A stretch of 63,066 bases of DNA, filler included, from Globobulimina sp. (GCA_003354225.1; 17 parts of 17 records of this genome joined end to end with filler, not necessarily neighbours in it), one strand, 5' to 3'. Shown: positions 34,270 to 49,108, counted from the whole stretch's first letter. The notes: a model not told the origin generated them from the letters alone. Translations and numbers: made by a program.

Positions 34270-36908
34270 TCAACCATCATGTTTATAATCATACCAATCC
34301 GATTGGACTGCCATTGGTGTCCCAGATTCTAAACTCCCACTAAAATCAGAAACATTATCATCACTTTCCACACATTGTACATACGGCCATAACCATCCAT
34401 CACTATCATTATCTTTCGCTTCCTCCATTTTTTGCGATTGCTGTTTTTTACCATCATAATTATTAATATGCAAAGTCGAATTCGGCAATTTACACAATCC
34501 ATAATAACATGTAGATATTTCCTGTGCTGTTCTATATTCAGCTAATTTCCATAATAAACTGTCATTTGGATCTGGTTCCATAATTCCATACAATCCACGC
34601 AATCGAGATCCAAGCGGGAATATTGCTTTTTCCTTTCCATTACGGCTGAATGCTATGATTTCATTCTCATGTTTTTGTGATGAAAATATAGTTTTAACAT
34701 AATTATTTAATTCTGATTCATCGTCGAATCTACCTCCAAAATCATTGAATAACGCAGTACCGCCGCTTGTATCCAATACTTCCAACTCGACATCGCCACC
34801 ATACCTCGATGTGAATGGCCATATATTTTTACATTTATCATTTTCATTTTGTTTCGTATCGTCCTTTAAGTCTTTATACATGTTTTTAAATACATTTTTG
34901 TGATCCGATAATCTATAAACTAAATCAGCATAACATAAATATAATGGTTTATCTAAATCATTCCAATTAATTATATCATGATTATCGATATCCAATGCAT
35001 TTTCGATAAAAAAACGTGATAAATATGGATGTATATCTTCATTCCAATTGTTTTCGTCCAATTCATTCGTACCTGCTTTAAATCTTAATTTCCACCATTT
35101 ACTGCAACATAAATCTTTTAATGTTAATGGCAGTACACTTCCATCGCAATGCCAATATATTTTAATCGCGTTACGCAATCTGTACTTGTAAAAATGAATA
35201 GAAACACCAACTTTATTGCGAAGACTACCAATTGCTCGCATTAAATCGAACCACGTGTTATGTTCTTTTATCATTCAATCAAATCAGTAATGTTTATATG
35301 GCCAAAAAAAACAAATTAAGGTTTTTTTTAGTAAATTGGAGTGTTTTGGCATATAAACATCACTGAAATCAATATCGTTCGCAGTTCGTTCTATATATGA
35401 AACAGATACTTTCTTTAATGCATTAACGGCACAATATATCATTTTGTCATTCTTATTTTTATCAAATATATTGAATAAATCTTCATTTTCCTCCATAAAT
35501 GAGGCAAATGTCTGTTGCAGTTGTTGATTCATTACAAAATCTGTAATCTCATAAACTGCGCAATAATTTCCATGCATGTCACGTTTTAATGCGTATTTTA
35601 AGAATGTGACAACATTAAAATAAATATATAGTTGCACTGCACGTAAATTATAATCAAATCCATCATCATCTTTCTCATCAACTTTATATTCATCATCATC
35701 AATATGTTTTTGTTGTTTATCCATTTTCTGTATCCGTTCCAAAAACGGTGCTGTTGTCAATAATCTTTTTCGAATTACACTCATTGCCTCAAAATATTTT
35801 GTAGAATCTAATTTTAATTTTTTATCATTGAATACATAATGTCTGAAATTGCAACGAACAAAACCATTAAAAATCGTTTCAAAACATTTATCATTGATCG
35901 TATTATATTCTCCATAATTAATTGCCTGGCACACTATGCGTGATATCATATCATTTAAACATAAAATATCGTTAAAATCATCAAATGCTAATAATAATTT
36001 AGTTAATTGTTCATCGTCATTATTATAAATGTCATTTTTATCCAATCCTCTAATTGTTTTAAGATTTATCACTAGTTTTTGAACAAAATAATACTTTTCA
36101 TTACATTTATCAATATTTTTCGGTGCCAATATCTCATTCCATCTAATTTTGTTCGCCACAGATTGTGCACAGCCATGGAATCGCTGAAATAATCTGCCTT
36201 TTTCAGCTGGACTGAGGGTAGTCGCAGTAATAAAGCGTTTCAACTCACAATCATCGTAATTGTATACAGTGCGCTGTTTCAAATAACATTCGATTTTGTT
36301 AAGTATAATATAATAAAACGTAACTTTTTGTCTTATGCAATGATTTATAAATGGTCGAAAATATGATATCGGAGCGTCATTACATTTTAAAATATGAATC
36401 AATTCGTTCCATAAATGATTTTCTGTGGGTTCTGGCAGTTCTGTAACAAAAACAAAATATGTCGGATTTTATTTATTTCTTCTATATATAGACAAAAATA
36501 TGCCGGATAACTGTGTGGTAACAATGCGTTATTTATGGTTCCATTGCATTTTGGAACTATTTGTTGTTGTATATATTGATCGGATGGAGGCGCACTATGT
36601 TGATAGCAATATTGAAGGATATAAAATATAAATGCATCTTCGTTTTCATGTGGTATTTGGATAGAAAGAGGAATCGGGAATGTTCCAGTTTTTCTGCACA
36701 TGCATGAATATGCACAATCATTTGGATCACTTTCAGGGCCTAATTCATCATCGATTGGTAACTCTGGATCATTAAACTTTTCTTCTTTTATGAATTGTAA
36801 AAATCTCCCATCACCATCAGCATTGCGGTAGTTTGGAACATTGAAACGAAGATAGTATAATGCTAACGCATCATCTATTTTTTTAAACGGATCTGACTGT
36901 CCAGACAT
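34270..36908 (-). CDS. Multi-exon hypothetical protein
   Basis: Three consecutive same-strand ORFs (36399-36908, 35284-36402, 34270-35274) separated by short AT-rich intron-like stretches. Confidence 0.7.
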
Positions 36909-37302
36909 TTACAAAAAAAAATGCATGTTTTTTGGGTTTTTTTTTACTAATGTTTTTTCAAAGCGTTTAATTTAATACAACCAAAATAAAAATTGTATAT
37001 GTGCAATATGTCACAGAAATCAAATATAGCCAAAGAAGTCATACGAAAAACAAGAATTTCACATAACATGCACGNNNNNNNNNNNNNNNNNNNNNNNNNN
37101 NNNNNNNNNNNNNNNNNNTTAATTAATTAANNNNNNNNNNNNNNNNNNNNNNNNNNNNNNNNNNNNNNNNNNNNATACACTGCGGCAAATAATAAACCAA
37201 ACGGGAAAAAAAAGCCTTGCGTAGGTGACATTATAACGACTGACATAATGAGTAGAAAAACTTTTCACAAAAATCCAAGTACTTTTTTATATTAACAAAA
37301 AC

Positions 37303-38427
37303 ATGGCACGACGATTTCTTCAACAACAAGCTGTATTACATTCGCAAAAAACATCACTATTTCGCATTGTTCAACTCCTATCAAATTCCAATCCATTAAA
37401 ACTATCGAAATATGCAATTTCTTCTCAACCACATCAGGCTCTGCCATCAATTACAGATTCCAATCCATCTGATCTGGATTTCAGTGATTTGTTTAGTTCT
37501 GATGATGACTCAGATTTATCAGATACAAATGACAATGAATCTGATCACAAAGATAACAGTACTTCACAAACAGCACATTTTTCAACACCAAAATATGCGT
37601 CAAATCGAGTAATCATTTCAAACATTGATGACAAAGTACATAGCACAGATTTGAATGATTTATGTTCCAAATACGGGAATATCACAGATATTTATTTACC
37701 AATGAACAGAAATGACAATTCAATGCATCGTGGCTTCGGATACGTTAGTTTTGAAAACAAAGAACAATCAAAACAGGCCATTCCAAATATAAATGGAACT
37801 ATTCTGCACAATAAAGTATTGCGAGCTGGATATGCTAAGACTATTCCTCCTAAAAAGGGAAAAACAAATATTAACCAGAAACAAAGTTATTTTCATTGAA
37901 ATATCTTGAAATTTCTTGTATTTTATAGCAACGTTTTTTGAACAGAGCGGAGTTTGTCGGAGTTGGATGAGTATAAAATGAAACATAAAATGGAGTGTTA
38001 TGAGAATGCAAAGGATGTGACGTCGCCATGTACTTTGAAACAAACGACAATAAATTTGAGTGGTTTGCCAAGCAATGTGACGATCAATCAAATACAAAGA
38101 ATGTTTAATGGGATTGGCAAATGTTTGTCAGTGTATCTGTATGAATACGAACAGTTTGATATAAAATTTATAAATGCTGTCATCAGATTGGATTTGGAAT
38201 CATTGAGTTTTAATAATATCTGTGATGAGGACTTGATAGTGGATGTTTTGCAGCCAATGCAAACAGAATTGTGTACTGCAGAGAAACAAGTGAATACAAA
38301 CAAAAATGACATTGATGTTTACACAAAAAGACGAAATAGACACAAAAGTGACAAAGCACTCAATCAAACAACTGATGAAAATGTATTGAGCACCAATTTA
38401 GAGGATATTTTGAATTCTGAACAATGA
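37303..38427 (+). CDS. RRM protein, probably organelle-targeted (intron 37886-37945)
   Basis: RNP2 VIISNI and RNP1 RGFGYVSF. A 60-nt GT-AG intron joins in frame to a second, degenerate RRM (INLSGLPSNVT). Confidence 0.85.
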
Positions 38428-38689
38428 TAAAACGTCTTTGACATTGTTACGAAAATATTAACTACAGTATGTCAGTATGAATAATATGATACATCTACAA
38501 TTTCTATTAGATTCCAGAAAAAAAATAATAAAAACAGCTAAATAGAACGTACTAACAAATTAGAACACAAAATCAACTCCAAAATAACCCATAGTAACGT
38601 ACAAAAAATAAAAATTCGATCTGAGAAACGCTTTGCAAATCCAGAAACAGTTTGCTATATGTTTGTCTTGTGTTTGTTCTGATATTGTT

Positions 38690-39321
38690 GTGAAATGAGT
38701 GGTCTATCCGGTAAGTTCAATTCTTTCCATTTCCTTATTCCAACAACCAAATAATATGTTTTTGCCAACTGTATATTCCTAAAAGCAATTCCTTGATCAA
38801 TCTCATTTACTGAATATCACATTTCTCGTTTTTCAAAATCAACTCTCATGTCAATTACATCACCAACACCCCATTTAATTCCATATTTTTTACCTTTTCC
38901 TGCATGCCATTTCGCAGCAGTCCATCCATCATATCCATAATCTATCTCATTCCACGTAGCATAAACATTCCTGTTTGCAATTGATTGAATACCAATTAAC
39001 ATGAAACCTCTCCTTTCCTTGCATGTCAACCTCCATTTATATTTATATTTATTTTTGCTGCTTGCCTCAATTCCTATACTTCCAAATGCATTGCCATAAT
39101 CATACGAACGACCATTTGCTTGTAACAGTTTTCCCATTCTTTGAGATTGTAATCCTTTTATGAGCAATTTTGAATGTGTCTACAATATTTTCATAATAAT
39201 CGTCATAATAATTATAACACATTTGATTAATGGAAATTGGAATTATTTTCTGTTTAATTTTTTTTTGAACTTTTCGTATGTAGCCATTAACAATCACAGA
39301 TTCAAAACCATTCAAAAACAA
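38690..39321 (-). pseudogene. SPRY/B30.2-like protein with a frameshift (~39118) and an in-frame TGA (38817-38819)
   Basis: YKWRL...MLIGI...YGIKWGVGDVIDMRVDFEKREM*YSVNEIDQGIAF. The SPRY consensus continues past the stop, and the N-terminal part is in another frame. Confidence 0.7.
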
Positions 39322-39348
39322 CCAACAAAGGCAAGATAATAATATTAA

Positions 39349-40455
39349 CTACAATTTAGATGCAATGGCATTGTGTTGATGGTATTCATACAAACGATTA
39401 TAACTTGAAACAACATCCATTTTATTTCTTCCTCCTATATAGATCCTATGTATATTCTTTTCATTTTTTTCAAAATCTATATTACATTCTACTGCATCTA
39501 AATCCAACTCATCATATAAATAATCCCTATTCCACACTATCACAATTTTCTTAGTCTCAGTACAAACTGCAAGTTTTGGCCGAATTGCTTTAACATTCCT
39601 AGTAAAAAAAGCGTTTTTATATTCCGTTAACAACGAATCTTCCTCATTACAAATGATATTAAGTTCCTTCATTTTCATCACAGTCGGCGGAGGGAAACGA
39701 AACTTTCCTTGTGATCCATCAGTAATATCCACCCAATCAATTTGTGCTATTTCGCGACCGATTGGCTGTATTAAATTATGTTTAATCTCTTTTGTATCAA
39801 TACAGGATAAATAAAACCGTGCGTCCCATCTCCTGCCCGTCCTCCATGGCGTTTGTACGCGAGCCCATGGAACCATACATAAAATATCTGGTACTGTTCC
39901 GATCGATCGATGTAATAACTCAAACTCATATGGATCGGATAATATTTTCCTCCGCAATTCGAGTGTTTGTTGATCATCATTGTTAAATGAATGCATTTTA
40001 GCTTTGATGGGATAAACTGTATCAATGTGGCACTCCTCATTCAATTCATTAATATTTCTGCATAATAAAATGCCGGTTTCTTCAAATAATTCGCGTAATG
40101 CATTAATACGATACACTAAATCATCAAATACGAAATTATATTTTGCAATATATGCACTGTAATGTTTGCGGAGATAATTTACCAATTTCCGGTCAGAAGC
40201 GTCTGTCAAACCGCCTGGGAAAACCTATCAAGAAACAGAATGAGCTCAAGCTGATCAGTAAAATGGATAGGTATTAAATTTAACAGTTTGTCCACCAAAA
40301 TCAATTTTCTTTTTTTTGGTTACCATACATATTTTGTTTCGACGATCATCAATCAAAAGAATAGCAGCAGATGATGCAGTTGTGGCTGGTTTGAATGATG
40401 CTGTTAATTTCTTGAATGGCGCTAAGCTTTCAACTTGTAATAAACGTTTCGCCAT
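39349..40455 (-). CDS. Nudix hydrolase, NUDT19-like (intron 40225-40284)
   Basis: Motifs SAAILL...VFPGGLTDASD, ALRELFEETGILL, WARVQTP...RRWDARFY and FPPPT. Confidence 0.88.
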
Positions 40456-41179
40456 GGCACAGTTTAAAGATGTTGGTTCGGAGATTCAGTGGTAACACTC
40501 ACTTTATTTTGCAGTGGAAATGACACATCAAAATATTATTTATCCTACAACAAGTTGACTCTGGAGGTGTAATACACGCTCTTAATGGGCATCAAACCTA
40601 TCTAAATTTTAAGAACTTTTTCTGTACACTGTACAGTATATTATAGTATAATAATTAAAATAAATAAACTTAATCTACTTCAAAACGTTGCCAATGTCAA
40701 AATATGCAACGTAAACACCAACAACAATACAGAATGCTAATAATAATAAATGGAATATTTTGCTGTATATTGATAATTGCTTTGCTTTNNNNNNNNNNNN
40801 NNNNNNNNNNNNNNNNNNNNNNNNNNNNNNNNTTAATTAATTAANNNNNNNNNNNNNNNNNNNNNNNNNNNNNNNNNNNNNNNNNNNNTTAACAGGACAT
40901 TGTCTCAAAAAACACCCCCTGTTTGCGGATATGTTTGAAGTGTGCATGCTATGTTTGTAATATGCATGGTGGTGTTTGGTCATGTTTGCATAGTGCATAC
41001 ATATGCACACATATGCACACACCTATGTGTGCATAGGGTGTTTACTATGTTTTAGTGGTGTATACAGGGTGTCAACATACACCGGCTGATCCACACATAT
41101 ATATAATGCAGGCTGATTGTCACATAAAAACATGCATTTGTTCTGTTTGTAGTGAGTGACTGTATTTGTGTTCCATTGA

Positions 41180-43993
41180 GTTTTGTATTTTCAACATATA
41201 AACGTATTACACCATTATAAGGGAGAAACCATATTTACACGAAAAAGCAGAGAAAATTATTTTGTACACGTTTATGCTTTGTCTGATTTGTTCATTACAA
41301 AACACAATGGATACCGATGGCAAATACAGTCCATATCTGATATCACCTATCGACTGCTTATAAACTCAAGTAATCCATTAACAAATAAATAATGACAGAT
41401 GATCCAGACAACTTTTGCCACGGTGGCCACGGCATTGCCAGCCATTGAGACAACGCCATCGCCAGCACTTCAGTTAAACACTGAATATCATTATACGTTG
41501 TATCAAACGCAAAGAAGTTTAAAAGTTACATTTGGTGTTAATGATAGTTATGTGTATGAAGATATCTATGATTATGCGACTGGCTCAGGTGAATCGCATC
41601 CCATTATAATGAATCAAGACATGTATTTAGGGTCTGACTGGCACGATGACTTTGATGCGACAATCAGAAATTTAGTAGTTACTACGGCGAATTCACCGGA
41701 AACAACATTCTGGTATTTTTTATTTTGTTTATAATTTATACATATTAAATAACTCTGTTTTTGTTCATGTTTGAAGGAATTATATTTGTGATTGGGATGA
41801 CAGGTTTACGGAACGTAGTGGTACCTGGAGTTGGGCAGGGATTGGTAGTGGCATTGATGGAGATTGTAGTGTCAGGCAAACGGATACGGCAAACGAGATT
41901 AGAATCGCGTGGATGGGGGAAAAAGATCCGGATTCATTGCTTTGGGCCGACTATAACATAGAAGTCATAATGAATTTAATGTAAACTTAGTACCACAACC
42001 TATGTATTAGAGATATTTTGTGTAGATTAATAACACAAAAACGAATAAGCTTTTTTTTGTGCATGTTTCAATGTCAATTATTCGTTTCGTGTTATTATGT
42101 AAACTATCACTTTGATTCATATGTTGTGGTACTCTGTTCTTAAGATCTGGTAATTATATGGGAATTATTTTCCGTGCGACGGGTCAAGATTGTGGTACCC
42201 CGGATTATTGTGGCGATGCTTACTATTTAAAAATGGGTACCAGTGGCTATGAGTTTGCACAGCTAAATGGTGCGTATAACCTATTAAATACGTATTCGAA
42301 ATCACATTCAGTGAATACACCGTATTTAGTTCGTGTTGAATGCGTGGGCAATACATTCAAAATTTATGAAGCAAATAAGTATTTAGTCACTTGGACAGAT
42401 TCTAGCTATGCCGTTGGATCTGTTGGCCTTAGAACCCTAACTTCTGATGGCAGATTTTCCAAACTCCGTATTACGTTTCCGGAAAAGGAAAAACTAGAAT
42501 GCCCAGCTGGCTCCACACAACAAGGCACTATCAATGCTGATCTTCTTGGCTGTGGAATGGAAGCATGTGAGGCCAGATATACCCAAGCCACCATTGATGA
42601 GTGTTTCACGCATTGTAGTAACACTGCCGGCTGTCGATCATTTAATTGGGCGCCTCTTGGTGGTGATGAGGGGCATCTGGACCAGAGAGTATGTAACATT
42701 TATAGTGAGTTATCACCAGATCAGATATGGGGACCATATACAATATTCTGTAGGAAAGATACTGATTCACCCACTGATAATCCAACATCGAATCCAACAT
42801 CGAATCCAACATTAGCTACAGCTGCGCCAACCCTATCTACAACTCCTCCATCCAATGCACCTACGACTCCTCCGTCTAATGCACCTTCAATTTCACCTAC
42901 AACACCACCTACTCAGACACCTTCTATTTCGCCGTCAGTTGCTCCAAATAGTGCACCTTCTATGGCACCAAGCCATGCTCCAACATCACCACCAAGCAAT
43001 GTTCCATCTGTGGCGCCAACAACATCTGTGCCATCTACTTTGGTGCCAACCAAATATCCATCCAAGTCACCAAGTAAAGCACCAACATTCGCAGAACAAG
43101 AACAAGAACAAAGAGAAACAACAATATATTCCACAGGGAATGATTATGAAAGTAACATTGCAGCAAATCAAAAAGGTAGTAATTCTGGTCTATATATTGC
43201 AGTGATTATAATTGTTATATGTTTTGTATTTGGTGTTGCTGCATTATTTTTTTATAAATTTTGGAAGAAAAAACAAAGAAATATTTCAATGACTATAAAG
43301 GATCGTGTGTCAAGTATGAGTGATGTCGAAATAGTAAATGTAAAAAGTAGCGGAGATGATGGCGTTGTTATGGCGGATATTAATGAAACATGTTTGGATA
43401 TTATGCATAATTCGGGAGATAATAATGATAGTGATTTGGTGGAAATTATTAATAAAACAGATATGGGAATGATTAATATGAGTGATGACGATAAAGTTGC
43501 TGTGGATAATGATGTATTAGAAATGGTGAATTCCACGGATTTTGGAATTATGGATAATTTACATCATGTGGATGTGGTTGAAACTGATGGTGGATATATT
43601 GATGTTTTTGTTATTGATGATTTATCAGAAAAACAAACAATTGGAAATGAGCCAATTATACAAGTTGACTCTAATGAAAATAATTTTATTATTGACGATT
43701 TTTCAGCAAAACAAATAGTTGATACTGAGCCAGGCACTATGCCTAAACATGCGGAGAATAATTTGATTGAAGGGATTGATTATGATATCAATGAGGATGG
43801 AGCTAAAGAGATTTATGTATGGTTGGATTCAATTGGATTGCTTAGATATTATGATATGTTTATTCAAAATGGTTTTGATTCGCTTGAAATGGTTCAGGAA
43901 ATAAATAATGAGAATGTTTTAAATAGGATTGGTGTTACATTGCTTGCACATCAAGTAAAAATTATAAATCATATTAAAAAAATTGGACATTAA
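41180..43993 (+). CDS. Type I membrane protein: lectin-like/DUF1080-like domain, PAN/Apple domain, Pro/Ser/Thr stalk, TM helix, cytoplasmic SAM domain (multi-exon, start uncertain)
   Basis: WADYNIEV...GIIFRA...VRVECVGNTFKIY...GSVGLR (DUF1080-like), TIDECFTHCSNTAGCRSFNW (PAN), PTxxP repeats, TM IAVIIIVICFVFGVAALFFY and SAM WLDSIGLLRYYDMFIQNGFDSLE. Confidence 0.8.
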
Positions 43994-44602
43994 TTCTTTC
44001 TTTTGATGATCATAAATATTAAATATGTGCTTGACTTTCAGATCAAGATATATTGTAAACACGGATTGTGTCATTTTGTGTATATAATGTTTATAACTTA
44101 GTTTGAATTTCACAAAATAATGTCTTTTTATTTGATTTGAGAAAAACAGTGAAAATGTAAAAGACAAATGAATAACAAATTATTCATCTCAATCTTATAA
44201 ACATTTAAATTTGGTTTGCCAATTTGCGCCAAATTATAGAATCACACAATTTCAGTTTAAGTCAATTCGGGAAATAAATAAATTGAAAGAAAATAATAAA
44301 GCATTGCATGATTTGATTGGTATTGACGGCCATCGCATTGATTACTTCGCATAAAATGAATATTGAAAATAAAAACGTTAATATAAATGGTTTGACTTCA
44401 TTCACTGACTGCAGCATAAGAGTCAAAGATAAAATGGTTTGGTACATTGCCATGTAATACACAAATTGAGTGTATATTGTAATGTTATAATATGTGGTAT
44501 ATNNNNNNNNNNNNNNNNNNNNNNNNNNNNNNNNNNNNNNNNNNNNTTAATTAATTAANNNNNNNNNNNNNNNNNNNNNNNNNNNNNNNNNNNNNNNNNN
44601 NN

Positions 44603-46343
44603 AAAGCAAGAGCAAGAGCATATATAGTTTGTTTCTGCCGTTCTCATTGCCAGCATTGTCGAAGGTGGCGCCAAAGGCGTTATGTGCAGTTACAACTCAG
44701 TCAATGGTGTACCAAGCTGCTGTAATGATTTCTTGCTGAATCAAACATTGCGACAAAGCTGGAGCTTCACAGGATATGTTACTTCGGACAGTGGGGCCAT
44801 TAATGACATATTTACCAATCATAAGTATGCCAACGAGTCGCAGGCTGTTGTTGATTCATTGACAGCTTCGTGTGATATTAACAGCGGTGTAGATAAATCA
44901 TCCATGGGTGGCAATTGGTATTTTTTCTGTACTTATATATGCTTCAAATATATATAAAACAATGCGAAAATGTTAGGGGAACAGGCAGCAAATATCAAGA
45001 AACGATCCCATCGGTGGTGAACAGCGGTGCTTTGGACATAAAATTCGTAAATAAAGCGTTGTTTAATACGTTAAAGTTGCGGTTTGAGTTAGGTTTATTC
45101 GATCCAATCGCGAACCAGCCATATTGGAAAGTGCCCGGTTCCATTATTAATAATGCACAACATCGACAATTAAATGTGTTCGCGACGCAGTCCAGCATGA
45201 CATTGTTGAAAAATGATGGCATATTACCCTTCAATCCAAGCGATAACAAACAATATGCAGTGATCGGGCCACATTACAATGCTTCGCATGATATGTTAGG
45301 CTCTTATTTGGGACAAATTTGTTACGATGGCTCTTCTCGCTGTGTCCCAGGAGTGTTACAAGGTGTTGCTAACTATGTCGGTGCATCGCATTTATTCCAA
45401 GCGCAAGGATGCGATGTGGAATGTACGTCGAGTTCAGGCTTTGCTGCAGCTTTGGATGTAGCAAATAAAGCTGATAATATTATATTGGTCATGGGGTTGA
45501 ATATTGCTGATATTGAGAAAGAATCATCTGACCGAACCAACATTTCTTTGCCTGGTTACCAGTATAATTTAGCAGAGCAAATATGTAATTTGAAGAAACC
45601 GACTGTTTTGGTGCTGATTAATGGTGGAATGATAGGCATTGATGGATTAAAGGAAAGCTGTCCAGCCATTGTTGAAGCATTTTATCCCGGATTTAGAGGT
45701 GCTGAGGGTATGGAATATATAATTTTTTGTTTAGGATTAACTAAAATATACAAAATATGAATGAAAAGGTATAAGTGATGTATTGTTTGGCAAAGTGAAC
45801 CCCGGCGGAAAGTTAGCGACTACCATGTATTACAGTAACTATTCCAAAGTATCTAATTTTACTGAAATGGATTTGACTGTGGGTTTGGGCAAAACGTATA
45901 AATATTGGAAGGGCGAAACTATTTATCCATTTGCGTACGGTTTGAGTTATACGCAATTTACATTTCAATCTGATACAAGTTGTGTAGCTCCAAAATATTG
46001 TGTTGTTATCAGTAATGTTGGTGATCGAGAAGGACGTGAAACTATTTTTGTATTTGTGGTTCCACCGACTACCATTCCTTCAAACGAACCTGCATCGAAT
46101 ATGAAAAAAAGGTTGGTTGATTTTGATAAGTTTTATTTGGAGAAAGGTGGCTCAGTGACGTTTGAATATGTATTGGATGAAAAGAAGGATTTGATGCTTT
46201 TTAATAGCAAAGGTGAGCCTACTTTGTTCAGTGGAGAGTATGGCGTGTTATTTTCGAACGGTGTCGATCAAAATTTACATGTAACTGTTAAAGTGAATGA
46301 AACTGTTTCGTTGGGGAAAGCAAAAGCATTTCCAAGAAAATGA
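44603..46343 (+). CDS. GH3 beta-xylosidase/beta-glucosidase, C-terminal part (introns ~44918-44976, ~45708-45768)
   Basis: Motifs VMCSYNSVNGVPSC, FTGYVTSDSGA (nucleophile), LRFELGLFD, TLLKND, EKESSDR...LPGYQ, AFYPG...NPGGKL and YPFAYGLSYTQF. Confidence 0.95.
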
Positions 46344-46490
46344 ATAACATTCAGACTCTGTTGTGTTGTATATGTAAGTTTTAATCATATCCCATTTAAT
46401 ATTAATAGTACGTAGTATATTTACTATTTTATGACATTTTTGGAGGTAACCTATTTTCCTCTCATTTCCAAGATAACTTATTATGGGACA

Positions 46491-47419
46491 ATGGGCTCAG
46501 TTAGTTCTTTAAATGAAAGGAACTTCAATACTTTCTATGAATTAGGGAAACAAATTGGAGTCGGATCATTTGCAACAGTCAACAAATGTTCTCGTAAACA
46601 CGACGCAGCAGAATTTGCAGTCAAAATAATCAATAAATCGTACATATCACACAAACAGAGCATCGCCCTACGAAATGAGATATTAATATTAAAAAAAATA
46701 TCACACGAAAACATCGTAAAATTAATTGACGTGTTCGATGATGGAAAATTCGTGTATCTGATATTGGAAATGTGTAACGATAAAAACTTATTTGACGAAA
46801 TTTTATCGTCAAAACAAAAACATTTCTCTGAAAGAAAAGCCGCACAAACAATGTACTCATTATCCAAAGCATTACAACATTTGCATAAAAACTGCGTAGT
46901 TCACAGAGACATGAAGGTATTGTTGCATTCCAATTCACATATTCAAGCCGACAAAAATAAGTTGTATCATTACACTGATTACAGCCACAAAACATTTTAG
47001 TTGGTTTGGACGGTACAATAAAGATATCCGACTTTGGATTGGCTCGTTTCTATCAACAGCTATCTGCGCAGGCCTCATATGACTCTATTTTGCTGCATAC
47101 AACTTGTGGAACGCCCCGCTATGTCGCACCAGAAATACTATCAAACAACGGATACGATAAGAAATGTGATCTTTGGTCGATGGGCGTGATTTTGTATCTT
47201 TTGTTGGTTGGTTCTCAGCCATTTAATGCGGACTCAGTGTATGAAATTTATAAATTAATCGTAAAAGGAAAATACGATTTTGATTCTGCGGCATGGGAAG
47301 ATATTTCTGATGCGGCGAAGAATTTAGTTACCTGTTTGTTGCGGGTTGATCCCACAAAGAGGTATTCTGCAAAAGACATCGAATATCACCCGTGGATCAT
47401 GAAAAATATTGCAAATTAA
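46491..47419 (+). CDS. CaMK-group Ser/Thr protein kinase with N-myristoylation signal (intron ~46917-46984)
   Basis: MGSVSS start and motifs IGVGSFATV, FAVKII, VVHRDMK-PQNIL, KISDFGLA, CGTPRYVAPE and DLWSMGVI. Confidence 0.95.
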
Positions 47420-48475
47420 TCATAATGTTTGTATAACTTTCTCTGTCTCTTAATTTATTCTATTAATACTCTACACTTATTTTATTAATACAAAGTAACT
47501 CTTTATGTTGTTTATCATTTTAATTTTCAATTTGTTTTTCGTTTTTTGGGGTTATATTTGTATACTAAAATATTAAATATATCCATTTTGTATATTGATA
47601 TCGTGAATGTTATTTGCGAAGTGATCAATGTAATTTGCAAAATATGCTTTTTTTATGGTTTTTGATTCGTTTGTAATATCTCCATATCAATGTCACATAT
47701 GGTTTGTACATATTGCTTTGCATGTGATTGTTTGTAACACTGTACTAATTTTTAACTTTAATTATACCTCTCGCTTTTTACCATGATTATGCTGAATTCA
47801 TTTATGTACAAGATTTATATTTATTAAAAACAGTTATATTTGAGAGTAATTCGTTCGGTGATCGGATTTCTATTTGTTTGTTTGTGAAGTAGCTAATTAA
47901 ACGTTATGGCTACTTGAAGTCAATTTAATTATATAATAAATAATTAAGAAAAACAAGTACACGATCCTATCAGCTCAATTTTCTCTGGACTAGGTCCGAT
48001 CACCAAGTTAAATCACTGTTCACCATAGAAGTTTGTATTGAGTGCCTACGTACTAAAAAAAACGGTTTGTGAAACTAATAACAGTTTGTAAATTTCATAA
48101 CGCAATAACCTTGTAAATCTGCAAGTGTTCGATTGACTGCAATACTGTCATAAAACTTAGTGACTAAAATCTGTTTTTAAGGTAAATCTGTTTTGTTTGA
48201 ATGGTATCAATTACAANNNNNNNNNNNNNNNNNNNNNNNNNNNNNNNNNNNNNNNNNNNNTTAATTAATTAANNNNNNNNNNNNNNNNNNNNNNNNNNNN
48301 NNNNNNNNNNNNNNNNGAATGCCTTTAAATAAATACATATCCAATCAATTACTGGATTGTTTCCTTACCTTTTTGGTATTGTGGTACCTTGTTGAACTGA
48401 CTAGAAAAATAAGAGCTGTTTGACAAGTTTTTGTACATCATGATCATCATCATCGGAAACCCCTATTCATCTTCT

Positions 48476-48680
48476 TTTTTTATTCAAAATCAAACCGCTG
48501 CATTTTTGCTTGTAAATTATCGTAATTTTAAGTGGTTTTATTTGGATGGCTTTCTATTTATTGCAATTAAAAATAAGTGTTTTTATTCAAAATCAAACTG
48601 CTGCATTTTTGCCTATAAATTATAGTAATTTTAAGTGGTTTTATTCGGTGGGCTCCGCGATTTGCGGCAATTAAAAACAA
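48476..48680. repeat. Tandem duplication, ~103-bp unit (2 copies)
   Basis: tttttattcaaaatcaaac(c/t)gctgcatttttgc...ttttaagtggttttatt...gcaattaaaaa starts at ~48476 and ~48580. Confidence 0.85.
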
Positions 48681-49108
48681 TGAAATTAGCTCAATACACA
48701 AAAAAATTGAGTGAAAAAAATAAAAAAAAAAAAGAATTTTTATTAAATACATTTACATAAACAATCTGATGCACCATGACATCGAGGCAAACATTTGAGA
48801 TTCAATCATTTCTCGAATAGAATTTGCGTCCAATGAATATTGTAAATTGATAACTTTTTGGTACGCAAACTGTGGCGGATAAAATCTGGAAATATTTTTA
48901 TTGTGATTATTAATTATTTTTAAGAATGGCAACACATATTTGCATCCCTGATTGATGCCAATTTTTTATTATTTTATTTCAAGTGTTTAAAATAAGCTGA
49001 ACCAGTACTAAATGGGAAATATTAATTTATATTAAAAAAGCACTAAAACAATCAAAAAAAGAAAAGAAAATAAACAATGACAGAAATAATGAGTTATCTT
49101 TATTTTAT

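Noticed and set aside
40900-41090. TACAGGGTGTC resembling a Tc1/mariner terminal repeat
   Set aside because: There is no matching inverted copy or transposase in the contig.
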